From a virus, in IMG/VR virus record IMGVR_UViG_3300026183_000827: a stretch of DNA of 64,000 nucleotides. One strand, written 5' to 3'. The position numbers and the translations under genes are program-made. Of the stretch, positions 21,087 through 30,925 are shown piece by piece (position 1 is the first letter of the stretch; every line of letters begins with the position of its first letter). The notes under the pieces are model-generated. The model worked only from the letters and a program-made list of their open reading frames with translations. It was not told the DNA's origin and ran no database searches.

Positions 21087-21490
21087 TGTCTCAAAACATT
21101 AATAGTATTAAAGGAACTCCAAAAGCAATTGGTGATAGAGTTTTAGTAACTGATATGTATTTTGGTGAGCAAACTACTAAGGGTGGAATAATTTTAGGCA
21201 ACGATGACGGTAAAACTAGAGGAATTTATCCACGTTGGGCAAAAATATATTCTAAAGGACCTAGAAATAGAGATCCTTATGAAGTTGGAGAATGGATTCT
21301 TATAGAACACGGTCGCTGGACACGTAGTATTAAATTAGAAACAGAAGAAGGTGAAATAGAAATACGTATGGTAGAAACTGAAAGTATTTTAGCATACTCG
21401 GATGAAAAACCCGAAAGTGTTCAAATTGGCGCAGAATATAGTGACGGTGAACATGCAACTATAGATCCTTCAGCTTTTGTGAGTCAGTAA
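21086..21490 (+). CDS. groES: GroES-like co-chaperonin
   Basis: KAIGDRVLV...TTKGGIIL mobile loop, and E-S-I-L-A C-terminal motif. Confidence 0.75.
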   Translation: MSQNINSIKGTPKAIGDRVLVTDMYFGEQTTKGGIILGNDDGKTRGIYPRWAKIYSKGPRNRDPYEVGEWILIEHGRWTRSIKLETEEGEIEIRMVETESILAYSDEKPESVQIGAEYSDGEHATIDPSAFVSQ

Positions 21491-21840
21491 TGAATCCATT
21501 TAAAGATATTGACACGTTTCAAACAGCGTGTGATCAAGAGCCATCAGAAGCAAACTATAAAATGTATCTTGATTTGATCCGTGAAGAAACAGATGAACTA
21601 GAAGAAGCTATCCTAGATAACGACAAAGTAGAACAGTTAGACGCACTAGTAGATATTCTTGTTGTTACCATGGGTGCTATTCGTGCCGCAGGTTGGGACG
21701 GGGAAGGTGCATGGAAAGAAGTAATGGACACAAACTTTGCAAAGATCGATCCAGACACAGGCAAGGTACGCAAACGTGAAGATGGCAAAGTTCTAAAGCC
21801 AGAAGGCTGGCAACCCCCTAAGTTAGATAAATTTATATAA
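21490..21840 (+). CDS. MazG-like / PRA-PH-like NTP pyrophosphohydrolase
   Basis: EETDELEEA...DALVDILVV and REDGKVLKP motifs. Confidence 0.85.
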   Translation: MNPFKDIDTFQTACDQEPSEANYKMYLDLIREETDELEEAILDNDKVEQLDALVDILVVTMGAIRAAGWDGEGAWKEVMDTNFAKIDPDTGKVRKREDGKVLKPEGWQPPKLDKFI

Positions 21841-21847
21841 AAACTAC

Positions 21848-21876
21848 TTGACTCCTTAGCATTTATACGTTATAAT
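21848..21876 (+). promoter_or_regulatory. Sigma70-type promoter
   Basis: TTGACT-17 nt-TATAAT. Confidence 0.8.
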
Positions 21877-21895
21877 ATGTATAAAGCTAAGGAGT
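21851..21895 (+). repeat. 17-bp inverted repeat with one bulge, covering the promoter and RBS; possible terminator or translation-masking hairpin
   Basis: ACTCCTTAGC-A-TTTATAC ... GTATAAA-GCTAAGGAGT followed by TTT. Confidence 0.8.
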
Positions 21896-21899
21896 TTTC

Positions 21900-22061
21900 A
21901 TGAAAATTACACCACAAACAGCAGGCGTAGGTACAACAGGACTTACAGGCATTGCATTAATGGCACTACATATCACAGGATTCTTAACAGGATGGGCATG
22001 GCCTATTCTTTATGTATTCCTTATCATCTCAGGCATTGGACAAGAAAATAGGAAGGGCTAA
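21900..22061 (+). CDS. Small membrane protein (53 aa), not in ORF track
   Basis: AAGGAG RBS; MKITPQTAGVG...WAWPILYVFLIISG is hydrophobic. Confidence 0.7.
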   Translation: MKITPQTAGVGTTGLTGIALMALHITGFLTGWAWPILYVFLIISGIGQENRKG

Positions 22062-22063
22062 CT

Positions 22064-22588
22064 ATGGCTACTCACGGAATGATCGATTTAGAAACGCTGC
22101 ATACTACACCTAAAGCAAGCGTTTTAACAGTAGGTGGTGTAAAATTTAATCCTTACGACAACTCTGAACCTCATAGTGAGTTTTATTTTAAATTAGAATT
22201 TGACAGTCAAGATAGAGATGTTAGCGAAGACACACTTGCTTGGTGGAGTAACCAAGATCCAAAAGCGCAAGAAGAAGCATTTGGAGAAGACGACAGAACA
22301 CCCGTAATAGACTTTTTATATACATTGCCTAAATGGATAAATGGTGTTGATGTACTTTGGGGTCACGGTTATGGATTTGATATTACTATTCTTGAAGACA
22401 TGCTTAGACAAAACAAGAAAAATATTCCTTGGAACTTTTGGCAAGTACGAGATAGCCGCACACTTTTTAGCATGTGCAAAAGTGACCCTAGAAAAGGTAT
22501 ACAAAAAGATTTACACAACGCATTAGCTGATGCATACTTCCAAGCAAAAGGTGTGCAAATGGCCTATAAAGAATTAGGGTTATCTTAA
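22064..22588 (+). CDS. DEDDh 3'-5' exonuclease (Rv2179c-like)
   Basis: MIDLETL, FDITIL, RDSRT and HNALADA motifs. Confidence 0.88.
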   Translation: MATHGMIDLETLHTTPKASVLTVGGVKFNPYDNSEPHSEFYFKLEFDSQDRDVSEDTLAWWSNQDPKAQEEAFGEDDRTPVIDFLYTLPKWINGVDVLWGHGYGFDITILEDMLRQNKKNIPWNFWQVRDSRTLFSMCKSDPRKGIQKDLHNALADAYFQAKGVQMAYKELGLS

Positions 22589-23469
22589 TGCAAAAACTTG
22601 ATCACCAATTTAATGTTCAACTAGAACATAACAATCCTGTCTTTGAAGCAGTTGTAGGTAGTTACTTAACTGAAACAAACAAAGAAAATAGTGATCGAGA
22701 CAGTATACTTTTTTATTCACACAAAGTACAGATTAATCCTTTCTTCGCTTTTCCTAATAATGACGAAGTATTATCAATAACTTATGATAAAGGATTAATG
22801 CAAGAGCAAGCATCAGCAATACTTGCTAATTATGCTGCAATGCTACTTCGTCCTAAGTATTTAAAACAAAATGAATTTTCACATGCTATTAAACATCTAG
22901 CAGCAATTAAGTTTGACAAAATTAGTATCACAAATCAAGAATTATTTTCTAAGTATTATGATTTTATTTGTGTTCCTGGCAATGGATTAAACTTTTGGCA
23001 GCAGGCACGGTTGTCTTATGAAAATTTTTGGAATTGTATTCCTAGTGTAGAATGCAATTGGAGTCAAAAATTTGAAGGTAGTAGCCAAGAACATGTCGAC
23101 AAGAAAAATAATTGGAGTATGTATAATGATTACTATCCAACTGTTGACAGTAAGGTAGGCTATGATATAAATTATGTTGTTTGGTTGCTAACAGATATGA
23201 TTCTTATTAAACACATATTGTTTAATGATCATATCATTGATAAAGAAGAAGTTAATACTATAATGCGAATTAAAAACAAAGATGTAAGTTGGGATGAAAT
23301 TAAAACTATAAAAATTCAACTATGGAAAAATGCTCGTAAGGGATTAGAAAGTCCTATGTCTTCTTACCTGCTAGGTAGAGGAATGAGCTTACAAGAAGCA
23401 CAACAAAAAAACCTTTTTGGACTACAAGGATTTTTGAACACTGTAAATAGTTTTGAGGAAAGCAAATGA
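22588..23469 (+). CDS. Hypothetical protein (AT-rich)
   Basis: 293-aa ORF coupled to both neighbours; no motif recognised. Confidence 0.7.
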   Translation: MQKLDHQFNVQLEHNNPVFEAVVGSYLTETNKENSDRDSILFYSHKVQINPFFAFPNNDEVLSITYDKGLMQEQASAILANYAAMLLRPKYLKQNEFSHAIKHLAAIKFDKISITNQELFSKYYDFICVPGNGLNFWQQARLSYENFWNCIPSVECNWSQKFEGSSQEHVDKKNNWSMYNDYYPTVDSKVGYDINYVVWLLTDMILIKHILFNDHIIDKEEVNTIMRIKNKDVSWDEIKTIKIQLWKNARKGLESPMSSYLLGRGMSLQEAQQKNLFGLQGFLNTVNSFEESK

Positions 23470-24380
23470 AAGAATTATGGGTAGAAAAGTATCGTCCTAA
23501 AACAGTAGATGGATATGTATTTAGAGATGAAGCACAAAAAAATCAAGTCAAAACATGGATCAAAGATAAAACTATTCCGCACTTGCTTTTTAGTGGCAAT
23601 GCTGGGATTGGTAAAACTACTCTTGCTAAGTTATTATTTAACGAGCTTGAAGTAAATGATCTAGACATTCTAGAGATTAATGCATCGCGGACAAACTCAG
23701 TAGATGATGTGCGTGATAAAATTGTAAACTTTGTACAAATGATCCCATTTGGGGACTTTAAGGTTGTATTACTAGATGAAGCAGATTACTTATCACCAAA
23801 CGCTCAAGCAGCTCTCCGTGGGGTTATGGAGGAGTATCATACTACTGCTCGTTTCATTCTTACTTGTAACTATCCAAATCGTGTTATACCCGCTTTGCAC
23901 AGTAGGTGTCAAGGTTTCCACATTGCTAAGATTGACCAAACTGAATTCACGGCTAGAGTTGCTGAAATTCTTATCAGCGAAGGTGTTACTCCTGATTTGG
24001 ATACGCTTGATACATACGTAAAAGCAACATATCCAGACTTGCGTAAGTGTATCAACACTGTACAAATGAATTCAGTTGACGGTGTGTTGAACAAACCCAA
24101 TGAAGGTGACACAGGCGAAAGCGACTGGAAACTTGATATGGTTGAGTTGTTTAAAGCAGGCAAAATTCAAGAAGCACGTAAGCTACTATGTGGTGCTATT
24201 CGTCCAGAAGAAATGGAAGAAGTGTATCGTTGGTTGTACGACAACATTACACTGTTTGGTGAAGAAGAAAAACAAGACCAAGCAGTACTAACAATCAAAC
24301 AAGGGATGGTTGATCACACACTAGTGGTTGACCCTGAGATTAACTTAGCGGCAACGCTTATTAGATTAGCGAGGTTATAG
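23466..24380 (+). CDS. Clamp loader ATPase subunit (T4 gp44 / RFC-like)
   Basis: LWVEKYRP, Walker [15 protein letters not shown] and SRC motifs. Confidence 0.95.
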   Translation: MKELWVEKYRPKTVDGYVFRDEAQKNQVKTWIKDKTIPHLLFSGNAGIGKTTLAKLLFNELEVNDLDILEINASRTNSVDDVRDKIVNFVQMIPFGDFKVVLLDEADYLSPNAQAALRGVMEEYHTTARFILTCNYPNRVIPALHSRCQGFHIAKIDQTEFTARVAEILISEGVTPDLDTLDTYVKATYPDLRKCINTVQMNSVDGVLNKPNEGDTGESDWKLDMVELFKAGKIQEARKLLCGAIRPEEMEEVYRWLYDNITLFGEEEKQDQAVLTIKQGMVDHTLVVDPEINLAATLIRLARL

Positions 24381-24727
24381 TGACATATCTAGTAACAGAA
24401 AATTGTATAAAATGTAAACATACAGACTGTGTTGAAGTCTGTCCTGTAGACTGTTTTTACGAAGGTGAAAATTTTTTAGTAATTAATCCAAACGAATGCA
24501 TAGATTGCGGAGTATGTGTTCCAGAATGTCCGATTGATGCAATTGTAGCTGACCACGAGTTAGAAGAACCTGAGCGAATAAAATGGATCGAAATAAATGA
24601 AAAATATTCAGACATTTGGCCTGTAATTACAGAATCAAAAGGTTCACTACCAGATGCAGTTGATTGGGAAGATGTAGAAGGAAAACTAGAAATGTTGTCA
24701 CCGGAACCCGGAGAAGGAGACTTATAA
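24380..24727 (+). CDS. fdxA: 7Fe ferredoxin (FdxA-type)
   Basis: [18 protein letters not shown] and [12 protein letters not shown]. Confidence 0.93.
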   Translation: MTYLVTENCIKCKHTDCVEVCPVDCFYEGENFLVINPNECIDCGVCVPECPIDAIVADHELEEPERIKWIEINEKYSDIWPVITESKGSLPDAVDWEDVEGKLEMLSPEPGEGDL

Positions 24728-25216
24728 TTGATTAGAGCAATCTTAGCTTGTGATGACACAGGCGGCGTAAGCAAAGATGGTACACTACCGTGGCCTAACA
24801 ATTCAACAGACTTAAAATGGTTTAAGGAAAATACAGCAGGACATATTGTTGTAATGGGGTCTACTACTTGGGACGATCCCCATATGCCTCGTCCCTTACC
24901 AAATAGACAAAATGTACTTGTAACTACTCGTTCCAATGAATATACAGGCGCCCATGATTATATTAACGGTGATCTTAAACATCAAATAGGATTATACGCA
25001 GATAACAATCCAGGTTTAATTACTTGGATTATTGGTGGCCCGAACATTATCGAACAAACACTAGGCATTATTGATGAATTTTATCTAAGCCGTATTCCAG
25101 GTGAATACGATTGTGATACTTTCTTACCTTTAGGAAAAATTGCTACATTGTTTGAACTAGACTGGGAAGAAAAACACCCAGAAGTAACATTTCAAATTTG
25201 GAAAAAACGTAAATGA
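24728..25216 (+). CDS. folA: Dihydrofolate reductase
   Basis: LPW, VVMGSTTW, PLPNRQN, IIGG and CDTF motifs. Confidence 0.93.
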   Translation: MIRAILACDDTGGVSKDGTLPWPNNSTDLKWFKENTAGHIVVMGSTTWDDPHMPRPLPNRQNVLVTTRSNEYTGAHDYINGDLKHQIGLYADNNPGLITWIIGGPNIIEQTLGIIDEFYLSRIPGEYDCDTFLPLGKIATLFELDWEEKHPEVTFQIWKKRK

Positions 25217-26079
25217 AACAATATCTTGACGCATTAGAACACATATTAGAAAACGGCAAGGATCGTAATGATAGAACAGGTGTAGGAACACGTGGTGTTT
25301 TTGGCTATCAAATGCGTTTTGATTTGCGCAAAGGATTTCCTGCTGTTACAACTAAAAAACTTGCTTGGCGTAGTGTAGTAAGTGAACTACTTTGGATGCT
25401 AGAAGGATCTAGTGATGAACGCAGACTAGCAGAAATACATTATGGTAAGCCTAGAGAAGAACTTGTAGGTAAAACTACTATTTGGACTGCTAACGCAGAT
25501 GCACAAGGTAAAGATTTAGGATACATTAACGACGATACTACTAAAGACCTAGGTCCTGTATATGGTCATCAATGGCGCAAGTGGGATGCACAACTTGGTT
25601 TTGTTGATCAGATTGCAGAAGTACTAGAAAATATGTATTACAACCCAGAAAGTCGTAGACATATTGTAAGTGCTTGGAATGCAGATCGTGTAAATGTAAT
25701 GGCTTTACCGCCTTGTCATACATTATTCCAATTTCATATACAAGACGGAGAACTAAGTTGTCAATTGTATCAACGTAGTGCAGATATGTTTTTAGGTGTT
25801 CCTTTTAATATTGCTAGTTACAGTCTACTTACTCACATGTTTGCACAACTATTAAATCTTAAGGTTGGTGATTTCGTATGGACAGGTGGTGATTGTCATA
25901 TTTATCAAAATCATATGGAACAAGTTAAAGAGCAAATTACTAGACAACCTAGAGAATTACCAGAATTATTAATGCCCCAGTTTGCTAATTTAGAAGAATT
26001 AGTAAACACAAAACCTACTGATTATGAATTAATTAGATATGATCCTATGGATAGTATCAAAGCACCGATGGCGGTATAA
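25213..26079 (+). CDS. thyA: Thymidylate synthase ThyA
   Basis: DRTGVGT, ALPPCH and YQRSADMFLGVPFN motifs. Confidence 0.97.
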   Translation: MKQYLDALEHILENGKDRNDRTGVGTRGVFGYQMRFDLRKGFPAVTTKKLAWRSVVSELLWMLEGSSDERRLAEIHYGKPREELVGKTTIWTANADAQGKDLGYINDDTTKDLGPVYGHQWRKWDAQLGFVDQIAEVLENMYYNPESRRHIVSAWNADRVNVMALPPCHTLFQFHIQDGELSCQLYQRSADMFLGVPFNIASYSLLTHMFAQLLNLKVGDFVWTGGDCHIYQNHMEQVKEQITRQPRELPELLMPQFANLEELVNTKPTDYELIRYDPMDSIKAPMAV

Positions 26080-26080
26080 T

Positions 26081-26299
26081 ATGTTTAATAATGACGAAGA
26101 TTATGAACTACAAAAAGAAGCAAAAGAAGTTGCTCGTAAAACAATGCAAATGGATGATTGGGAACGTTATGTAGAAGGTGCAGCATTTAAAATTTTGAAA
26201 CTTGAAAGAGAGGTACAGCGTCTCAAGTATAATTTTTATCTTGCAGCATTCTTACTTTTTGGTTTGCCTATTATATTAGCAGTACTAGGCATTAGATGA
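26081..26299 (+). CDS. Hypothetical protein with C-terminal TM helix
   Basis: ATG 26081 directly follows the thyA stop; hydrophobic C-terminus. Confidence 0.6.
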   Translation: MFNNDEDYELQKEAKEVARKTMQMDDWERYVEGAAFKILKLEREVQRLKYNFYLAAFLLFGLPIILAVLGIR

Positions 26300-26538
26300 A
26301 ACATATAAGTGCATACTTTGATCAAGTAGAAACTGCACATGAAAAGTTTGCGTGGTGGCCTGTACGCAGCAGTTTTAGTAAAAAGCTAATATGGTTTAAA
26401 AAATATGTGCTGCTTGAAATTACATATGACGATATGGGACGTCCTCCAATTAAAGGACGTAGCTGGAACTTAATATATACTCAACACGAGTATCTTCTAT
26501 ATTTGTTAAAGAAAGGAAAAAATGGGGAGAATTACTGA
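26296..26538 (+). CDS. Hypothetical protein
   Basis: ATGA coupling; FAWWPV motif typical of small phage proteins. Confidence 0.65.
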   Translation: MKHISAYFDQVETAHEKFAWWPVRSSFSKKLIWFKKYVLLEITYDDMGRPPIKGRSWNLIYTQHEYLLYLLKKGKNGENY

Positions 26539-26779
26539 TCCTTATTCAGGAAAACAAAAGTTTTTTAAAGGGAAAGGTCGTAAAGGAAATAAAAAATTAG
26601 ACGAGTATCAAAAAACTTTATTACAACAAGAACACAATAACAAATTAGAAGAAGCTGGTAAGCTCAACCAAACAAGGCAAAAACCGTTAAAAGGTAAAGC
26701 ACTAAAAGAATACCAAGTAAAAATGAAAGCACTAAAGATGCAACGCTATTACGGAATACAACCAAAGAATAAACAGTAA
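26522..26779 (+). CDS. Hypothetical basic protein
   Basis: AAGGA RBS; Lys-rich. Confidence 0.6.
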   Translation: MGRITDPYSGKQKFFKGKGRKGNKKLDEYQKTLLQQEHNNKLEEAGKLNQTRQKPLKGKALKEYQVKMKALKMQRYYGIQPKNKQ

Positions 26780-27531
26780 TGGAAGATCGTTATACACTTA
26801 ATTATGATCCTAACAATCTCTTATTAGTCTTAGGTGACAGCTGGTCATGGGGAGATAGTTTAAAAAATCGAATTCAAGACACCTATGCATCTATACTAGC
26901 AAAAAAACTAGATTTTAGTCTTATTAATAATAGTGTATGTGGTTGTAGTAATTTCGATATGCTAGATCGATTGAGTCAAGAATTAAAAAATATTGATGCA
27001 AAAAAATATAATAAAATTATTATTATTCTTGGATTAACTGAAACAGGCAGAGAGTGGCACAGATATCAAATTCTAACAAACGACATTGATAATAAGTTTA
27101 AAATGATTGAACAAAGCACAGTTGATCGTATAGATTTTTTATCAAAATTACTTCCAAATAATGTTCAACTTATTGTTAGTAGAAATTTTACAAATTTTTA
27201 TCCAGAAACAACTTTACATAATAATAAATTTTTTACTCGTAAAATTTGGTGTGAAATAATATCACAAAAATGTAAAGTTGAATGGCCTATAACGTATGGT
27301 CCTATTAGTGGCTGTGTTTTTGAACCTATGCTTTCTCGTTATAAAAATGATGCTAGTTTTAAATCTTGGTTTTCTGAAAAAATAGACCTTGCACAAAAAA
27401 CTTGGGATTGGTTAGACAACAGTCCTTATAATTATAAAAAGTTCACTAAACATCCAACCGAAGAAGGTCATGTTTTATGGGCAGAGTATTTGTTGCTTTT
27501 GATAAAGGAATTTAAGTTAAATGAAAAGTAA
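26779..27531 (+). CDS. SGNH/GDSL hydrolase-like protein
   Basis: LGDSWSWG block I, GCSN, and C-terminal KHPTEEGH. Confidence 0.7.
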   Translation: MEDRYTLNYDPNNLLLVLGDSWSWGDSLKNRIQDTYASILAKKLDFSLINNSVCGCSNFDMLDRLSQELKNIDAKKYNKIIIILGLTETGREWHRYQILTNDIDNKFKMIEQSTVDRIDFLSKLLPNNVQLIVSRNFTNFYPETTLHNNKFFTRKIWCEIISQKCKVEWPITYGPISGCVFEPMLSRYKNDASFKSWFSEKIDLAQKTWDWLDNSPYNYKKFTKHPTEEGHVLWAEYLLLLIKEFKLNEK

Positions 27532-27958
27532 GTTTATAAATGCATATATGGACGTTGCTGAACGTTTTGCACAACTAAGTTCAGCAAAGCGTTTACAAGT
27601 AGGTGCGATTGTTGTAAAGGATGATCGCATTATCAGTATTGGCTACAATGGTATGCCTAGTGGATGGGATAATTGCTGTGAAGAATGGGATGGTGAGGAT
27701 GAATGGGGGAACACCATTACTAAAAGTAAAAAGGAAGTGCTTCATGCAGAATCAAATACGATTGCTAAACTTGCCCGATCTTCTGAAAGTGGTGAAGGGG
27801 CAACTATTTTTATTACACACGCACCTTGCATAGATTGTGCTAAACTAATCTATCAAAGCGGAATAGCCACTGTGTACTACAAAAATGAATATCGTAGTAC
27901 ACAGGGCATAGATTTTCTTAAAAAGTCAGGTGTTGTTATTCATCACCATAAACTTTAA
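27521..27958 (+). CDS. dCMP deaminase
   Basis: GYNG, HAE and PCIDC zinc motifs. Confidence 0.93.
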   Translation: MKSKFINAYMDVAERFAQLSSAKRLQVGAIVVKDDRIISIGYNGMPSGWDNCCEEWDGEDEWGNTITKSKKEVLHAESNTIAKLARSSESGEGATIFITHAPCIDCAKLIYQSGIATVYYKNEYRSTQGIDFLKKSGVVIHHHKL

Positions 27959-28655
27959 GAACTTCTTTTACGGCTTGATGTCTTTCTATATCTCCTTGGC
28001 CAAAGTTGACTATGTCAATGTACGATGAGTCTGAGTTTGTTAAACGATTAGTGAAATCGATAAGTCCGTTATCTTTTAACCTATCTGCTTGAGCTAAATC
28101 TCCTGTTACACACATCTGACTACCTTCACCTAAACGTGTTAGTAGCATTTTCATTTGATTTTGCGTAGCATTTTGCATTTCATCAGCTAAAATAAATGCA
28201 TTTTTAAAGGTACGTCCACGCATATAAGCTAATGGAGCGATTTCAATTATACCTTCTTCTATCATACCTTCAATTTGTCTTGCGTCAAAATATTCACGCA
28301 GCACATCAAATATCGGTCTTGTCCATGGAGCCATTTTTTGTTCTAGCGTTCCTGGTAAAAACCCAAGATCTTCGTCAACTGACACAGCTGGTCTAGTTAC
28401 AATAATCTTGTCAACTTTACCTTCCTTAAACAATTTAACTGCGACCTGAACTGCAAGTAATGTTTTGCCTGTGCCTGCAGGACCAATTCCAAATACTATG
28501 TCTTTAGAATCGTCTAACAGTTTAACCACATATGATTCTTGTGATTTATTTCTAGGAAGTATTGTAACTGATTGTTTTTTTTGATGATTATTAAAATTTA
28601 CTACGTTTGAATAGTTTTGACTTGCACGTGATTGTGCTTTTTTCTTTGCACCCAT
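27936..28655 (-). CDS. phoH: PhoH-like ATPase
   Basis: GPAGTGKT, LGFLPG, YMRGRT, DEMQN and GDLAQAD motifs. Confidence 0.96.
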   Translation of the reverse strand: MGAKKKAQSRASQNYSNVVNFNNHQKKQSVTILPRNKSQESYVVKLLDDSKDIVFGIGPAGTGKTLLAVQVAVKLFKEGKVDKIIVTRPAVSVDEDLGFLPGTLEQKMAPWTRPIFDVLREYFDARQIEGMIEEGIIEIAPLAYMRGRTFKNAFILADEMQNATQNQMKMLLTRLGEGSQMCVTGDLAQADRLKDNGLIDFTNRLTNSDSSYIDIVNFGQGDIERHQAVKEVLKVYGDE

Positions 28656-28680
28656 TAAAGATCCTCCTTTTGGATGTGGA

Positions 28681-28719
28681 GTAGGGTAGTTTGTGTTCCG
28701 TAGAACTCAGTTGCCCTAC
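28681..28719 (-). promoter_or_regulatory. Structured 5' leader hairpin of phoH with a cUACGg tetraloop
   Basis: Minus strand reads GTAGGGCAACTGAGTTC-TACG-GAACACAAACTACCCTAC. Confidence 0.55.
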
Positions 28720-28724
28720 AAAAG

Positions 28725-28732
28725 TATTTATA
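28725..28732 (-). promoter_or_regulatory. T4 consensus late promoter TATAAATA for phoH
   Basis: Exact TATAAATA on the minus strand upstream of phoH. Confidence 0.65.
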
Positions 28733-28796
28733 CGACTACACACTTTAAAAACACATACTTTATCTTTCTTTTAAAAAAATATAAGTATCCCTTTCA

Positions 28797-28804
28797 GATA
28801 AATA
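28797..28804 (+). promoter_or_regulatory. Late promoter GATAAATA
   Basis: Divergent from phoH; precedes the operon that leads into the lysis genes. Confidence 0.6.
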
Positions 28805-28829
28805 ATACTAATAGACAATAGGTTAACCA

Positions 28830-29348
28830 ATGTACGACTCACTAGACATAATTAAAAATATCGAATCTATATATGATTCTAATACAGCGTTTAACGTTCT
28901 TAAAGACTTTGAAAGAGTGTTAGATCATTTAGATTTATATGTATACGCTAATTGGCCAGAAGGTGAATTGGCAGAAGGACCTAAGATTGATAGACATTGG
29001 GTCACTTGTTCATTTATGTGGCCAGAAGATAAAATGCCAGATCCGATGGGCGGAAAACGTCTATTAGATTATGATTGCAAAGTAAAATACAAAAAAACTA
29101 GTATTATACTTCCTAGAAAAATTGAATCACCGGATGATATTCGTCCTGGTACTAAAAAAGGTAAACTAGATAGACATCCTATTTGGGTTGTTGAAATTCA
29201 GATGCCTAAAAAACTTATTATGGATATTTACACAGGGTACATGCAAGATATTAATCTAAGTGCAGAAACACCTATGCCTCAAGCGCCTGAAATGCAGCCA
29301 GCAGAAGAAGCTTCTCAAGAAACAGCACCCGAAGGAGAAAGTGTATGA
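28830..29348 (+). CDS. Hypothetical phage protein
   Basis: Long ORF after a late promoter. Confidence 0.75.
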   Translation: MYDSLDIIKNIESIYDSNTAFNVLKDFERVLDHLDLYVYANWPEGELAEGPKIDRHWVTCSFMWPEDKMPDPMGGKRLLDYDCKVKYKKTSIILPRKIESPDDIRPGTKKGKLDRHPIWVVEIQMPKKLIMDIYTGYMQDINLSAETPMPQAPEMQPAEEASQETAPEGESV

Positions 29349-30064
29349 CTTTGAAAGCAGGAGATCTAAGAGACTTGTTAAACAAAGTAGTAGAAATTGA
29401 TTCTCATAAAAGTAAAATGGGGAATGATTCAGATATTGTTGTAGTTACACTAAGCACACTTACTAAAGAATCAGCAGACGATTTAAGTAGTTTTATAGAA
29501 AGAGGATATTCTTTTGTACTTGACGCTGATGCCACACCGGGTGAAACAAGTGACGGAACATATAAAGTTTTTATAGAAATTGAACGAGACGGAGAAGCAG
29601 CAGCAAACATTATAGAAATGGTAGATGGCATTTCAAAATTATCTAATATGGATGATCTTAGATTTAGATATTATAAAAACTTTAAAAGTAAAGAGTTAAA
29701 TGCAACTAACTTAGAAGAAGTACTTCCTACAACAGCAGACGACTATGATGTAGCAATACAAGAAGGAAGAATGCAAAACTATAAAAATTTCTTTAATAAA
29801 AGTTTTGTGGAAGATGTGTATATGGAAGATGATATGATAGTAATTAACAAAGCATATGCTGATCCAGTTGCATTTAATTTTATAGATTTTGGACCAACAC
29901 AAGAGACACTAGATTCTATAAACGAATCATTTAATGCTGACGACTTTGCAGAAATTATATTTCTTTCAAAATATGTCGGCGACTACAATATAACTAAATA
30001 TGGACACAAGCTAACCTTTGAAAACCAAGGAAATACGCTTGTTGTAGAAAGAGTTGTAGTATAA
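29345..30064 (+). CDS. Hypothetical phage protein
   Basis: ATGA-coupled; GGAG RBS. Confidence 0.75.
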   Translation: MTLKAGDLRDLLNKVVEIDSHKSKMGNDSDIVVVTLSTLTKESADDLSSFIERGYSFVLDADATPGETSDGTYKVFIEIERDGEAAANIIEMVDGISKLSNMDDLRFRYYKNFKSKELNATNLEEVLPTTADDYDVAIQEGRMQNYKNFFNKSFVEDVYMEDDMIVINKAYADPVAFNFIDFGPTQETLDSINESFNADDFAEIIFLSKYVGDYNITKYGHKLTFENQGNTLVVERVVV

Positions 30065-30074
30065 AGGACAAACA

Positions 30075-30923
30075 ATGGCAGTAGAAGATTTTAAATTTGA
30101 ATTCACCGAAGAAATGGTGATTGAAATGCTTCGCGGAAACGAAGAAGCAGAAGATTGGTATGACGCAATGTGCGAAATACTTCCACTATGGGAAATGGAC
30201 ACGCCGGAGCGTGTAGCAATGTTTATTGCACAATGTGGACACGAATCAAATAACTTTAAAGTACTAAGTGAAAATTTGAACTACAGTGCTAAAGCACTTG
30301 ATAGTTTATTTGGCAAGTATTTTAAGAGAGCAGGTAGAGATGCACAAGAATATCACAGACAGCCTCGCAAGATTGCAAACGTTATTTACGCAAACAGAAT
30401 GGACAACGGTGACACAGAAAGCGGTGATGGTTGGACTTTCCGCGGAGGCGGCATACTTCAGCTTACTGGACGTTACAACTATACCAAGTTCGCAGAAGAA
30501 ATGGAAATGTCACCGGAAGAAGCAGTAGAATATGTGCGCACTAAAAAAGGCGCACTTGACTCAGCTTGCTGGTTTTGGGATACAAACGGTCTAAACAAGT
30601 ATGCAGATGCGTGTGATGTTAAAGGTGCAACAAAGCGTATCAACGGTGGATACATTGGACTAGAAGATCGTGAGAAGCACTACAAACACGCTATGGAAGT
30701 ACTAGGCGGAGACTGGGAGCCTGGCAAAATTGAATATGAAACAATTCGCCTAGGTTCTAAAGGACCAACTGTTAAAGCAGTACAAGAAGAATTAGAAATT
30801 GGTGCAGACGGCATCTTTGGTAGAGGTACAGAAGCACACGTTAAGACTTGGCAAGAGGAAAATGGGCTAACACCAGATGGTATTATGGGTCCTCAAAGTC
30901 TTAAATTAATGTTTGGGGAATAA
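30075..30923 (+). CDS. Endolysin: GH19 catalytic domain plus C-terminal peptidoglycan-binding domain
   Basis: FIAQCGHES, ENLNYS, FRGGGILQLTGRYNY, TKRINGG; DGIFG...WQ...GLTPDGIMGP. Confidence 0.92.
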   Translation: MAVEDFKFEFTEEMVIEMLRGNEEAEDWYDAMCEILPLWEMDTPERVAMFIAQCGHESNNFKVLSENLNYSAKALDSLFGKYFKRAGRDAQEYHRQPRKIANVIYANRMDNGDTESGDGWTFRGGGILQLTGRYNYTKFAEEMEMSPEEAVEYVRTKKGALDSACWFWDTNGLNKYADACDVKGATKRINGGYIGLEDREKHYKHAMEVLGGDWEPGKIEYETIRLGSKGPTVKAVQEELEIGADGIFGRGTEAHVKTWQEENGLTPDGIMGPQSLKLMFGE

Positions 30924-30925
30924 AA

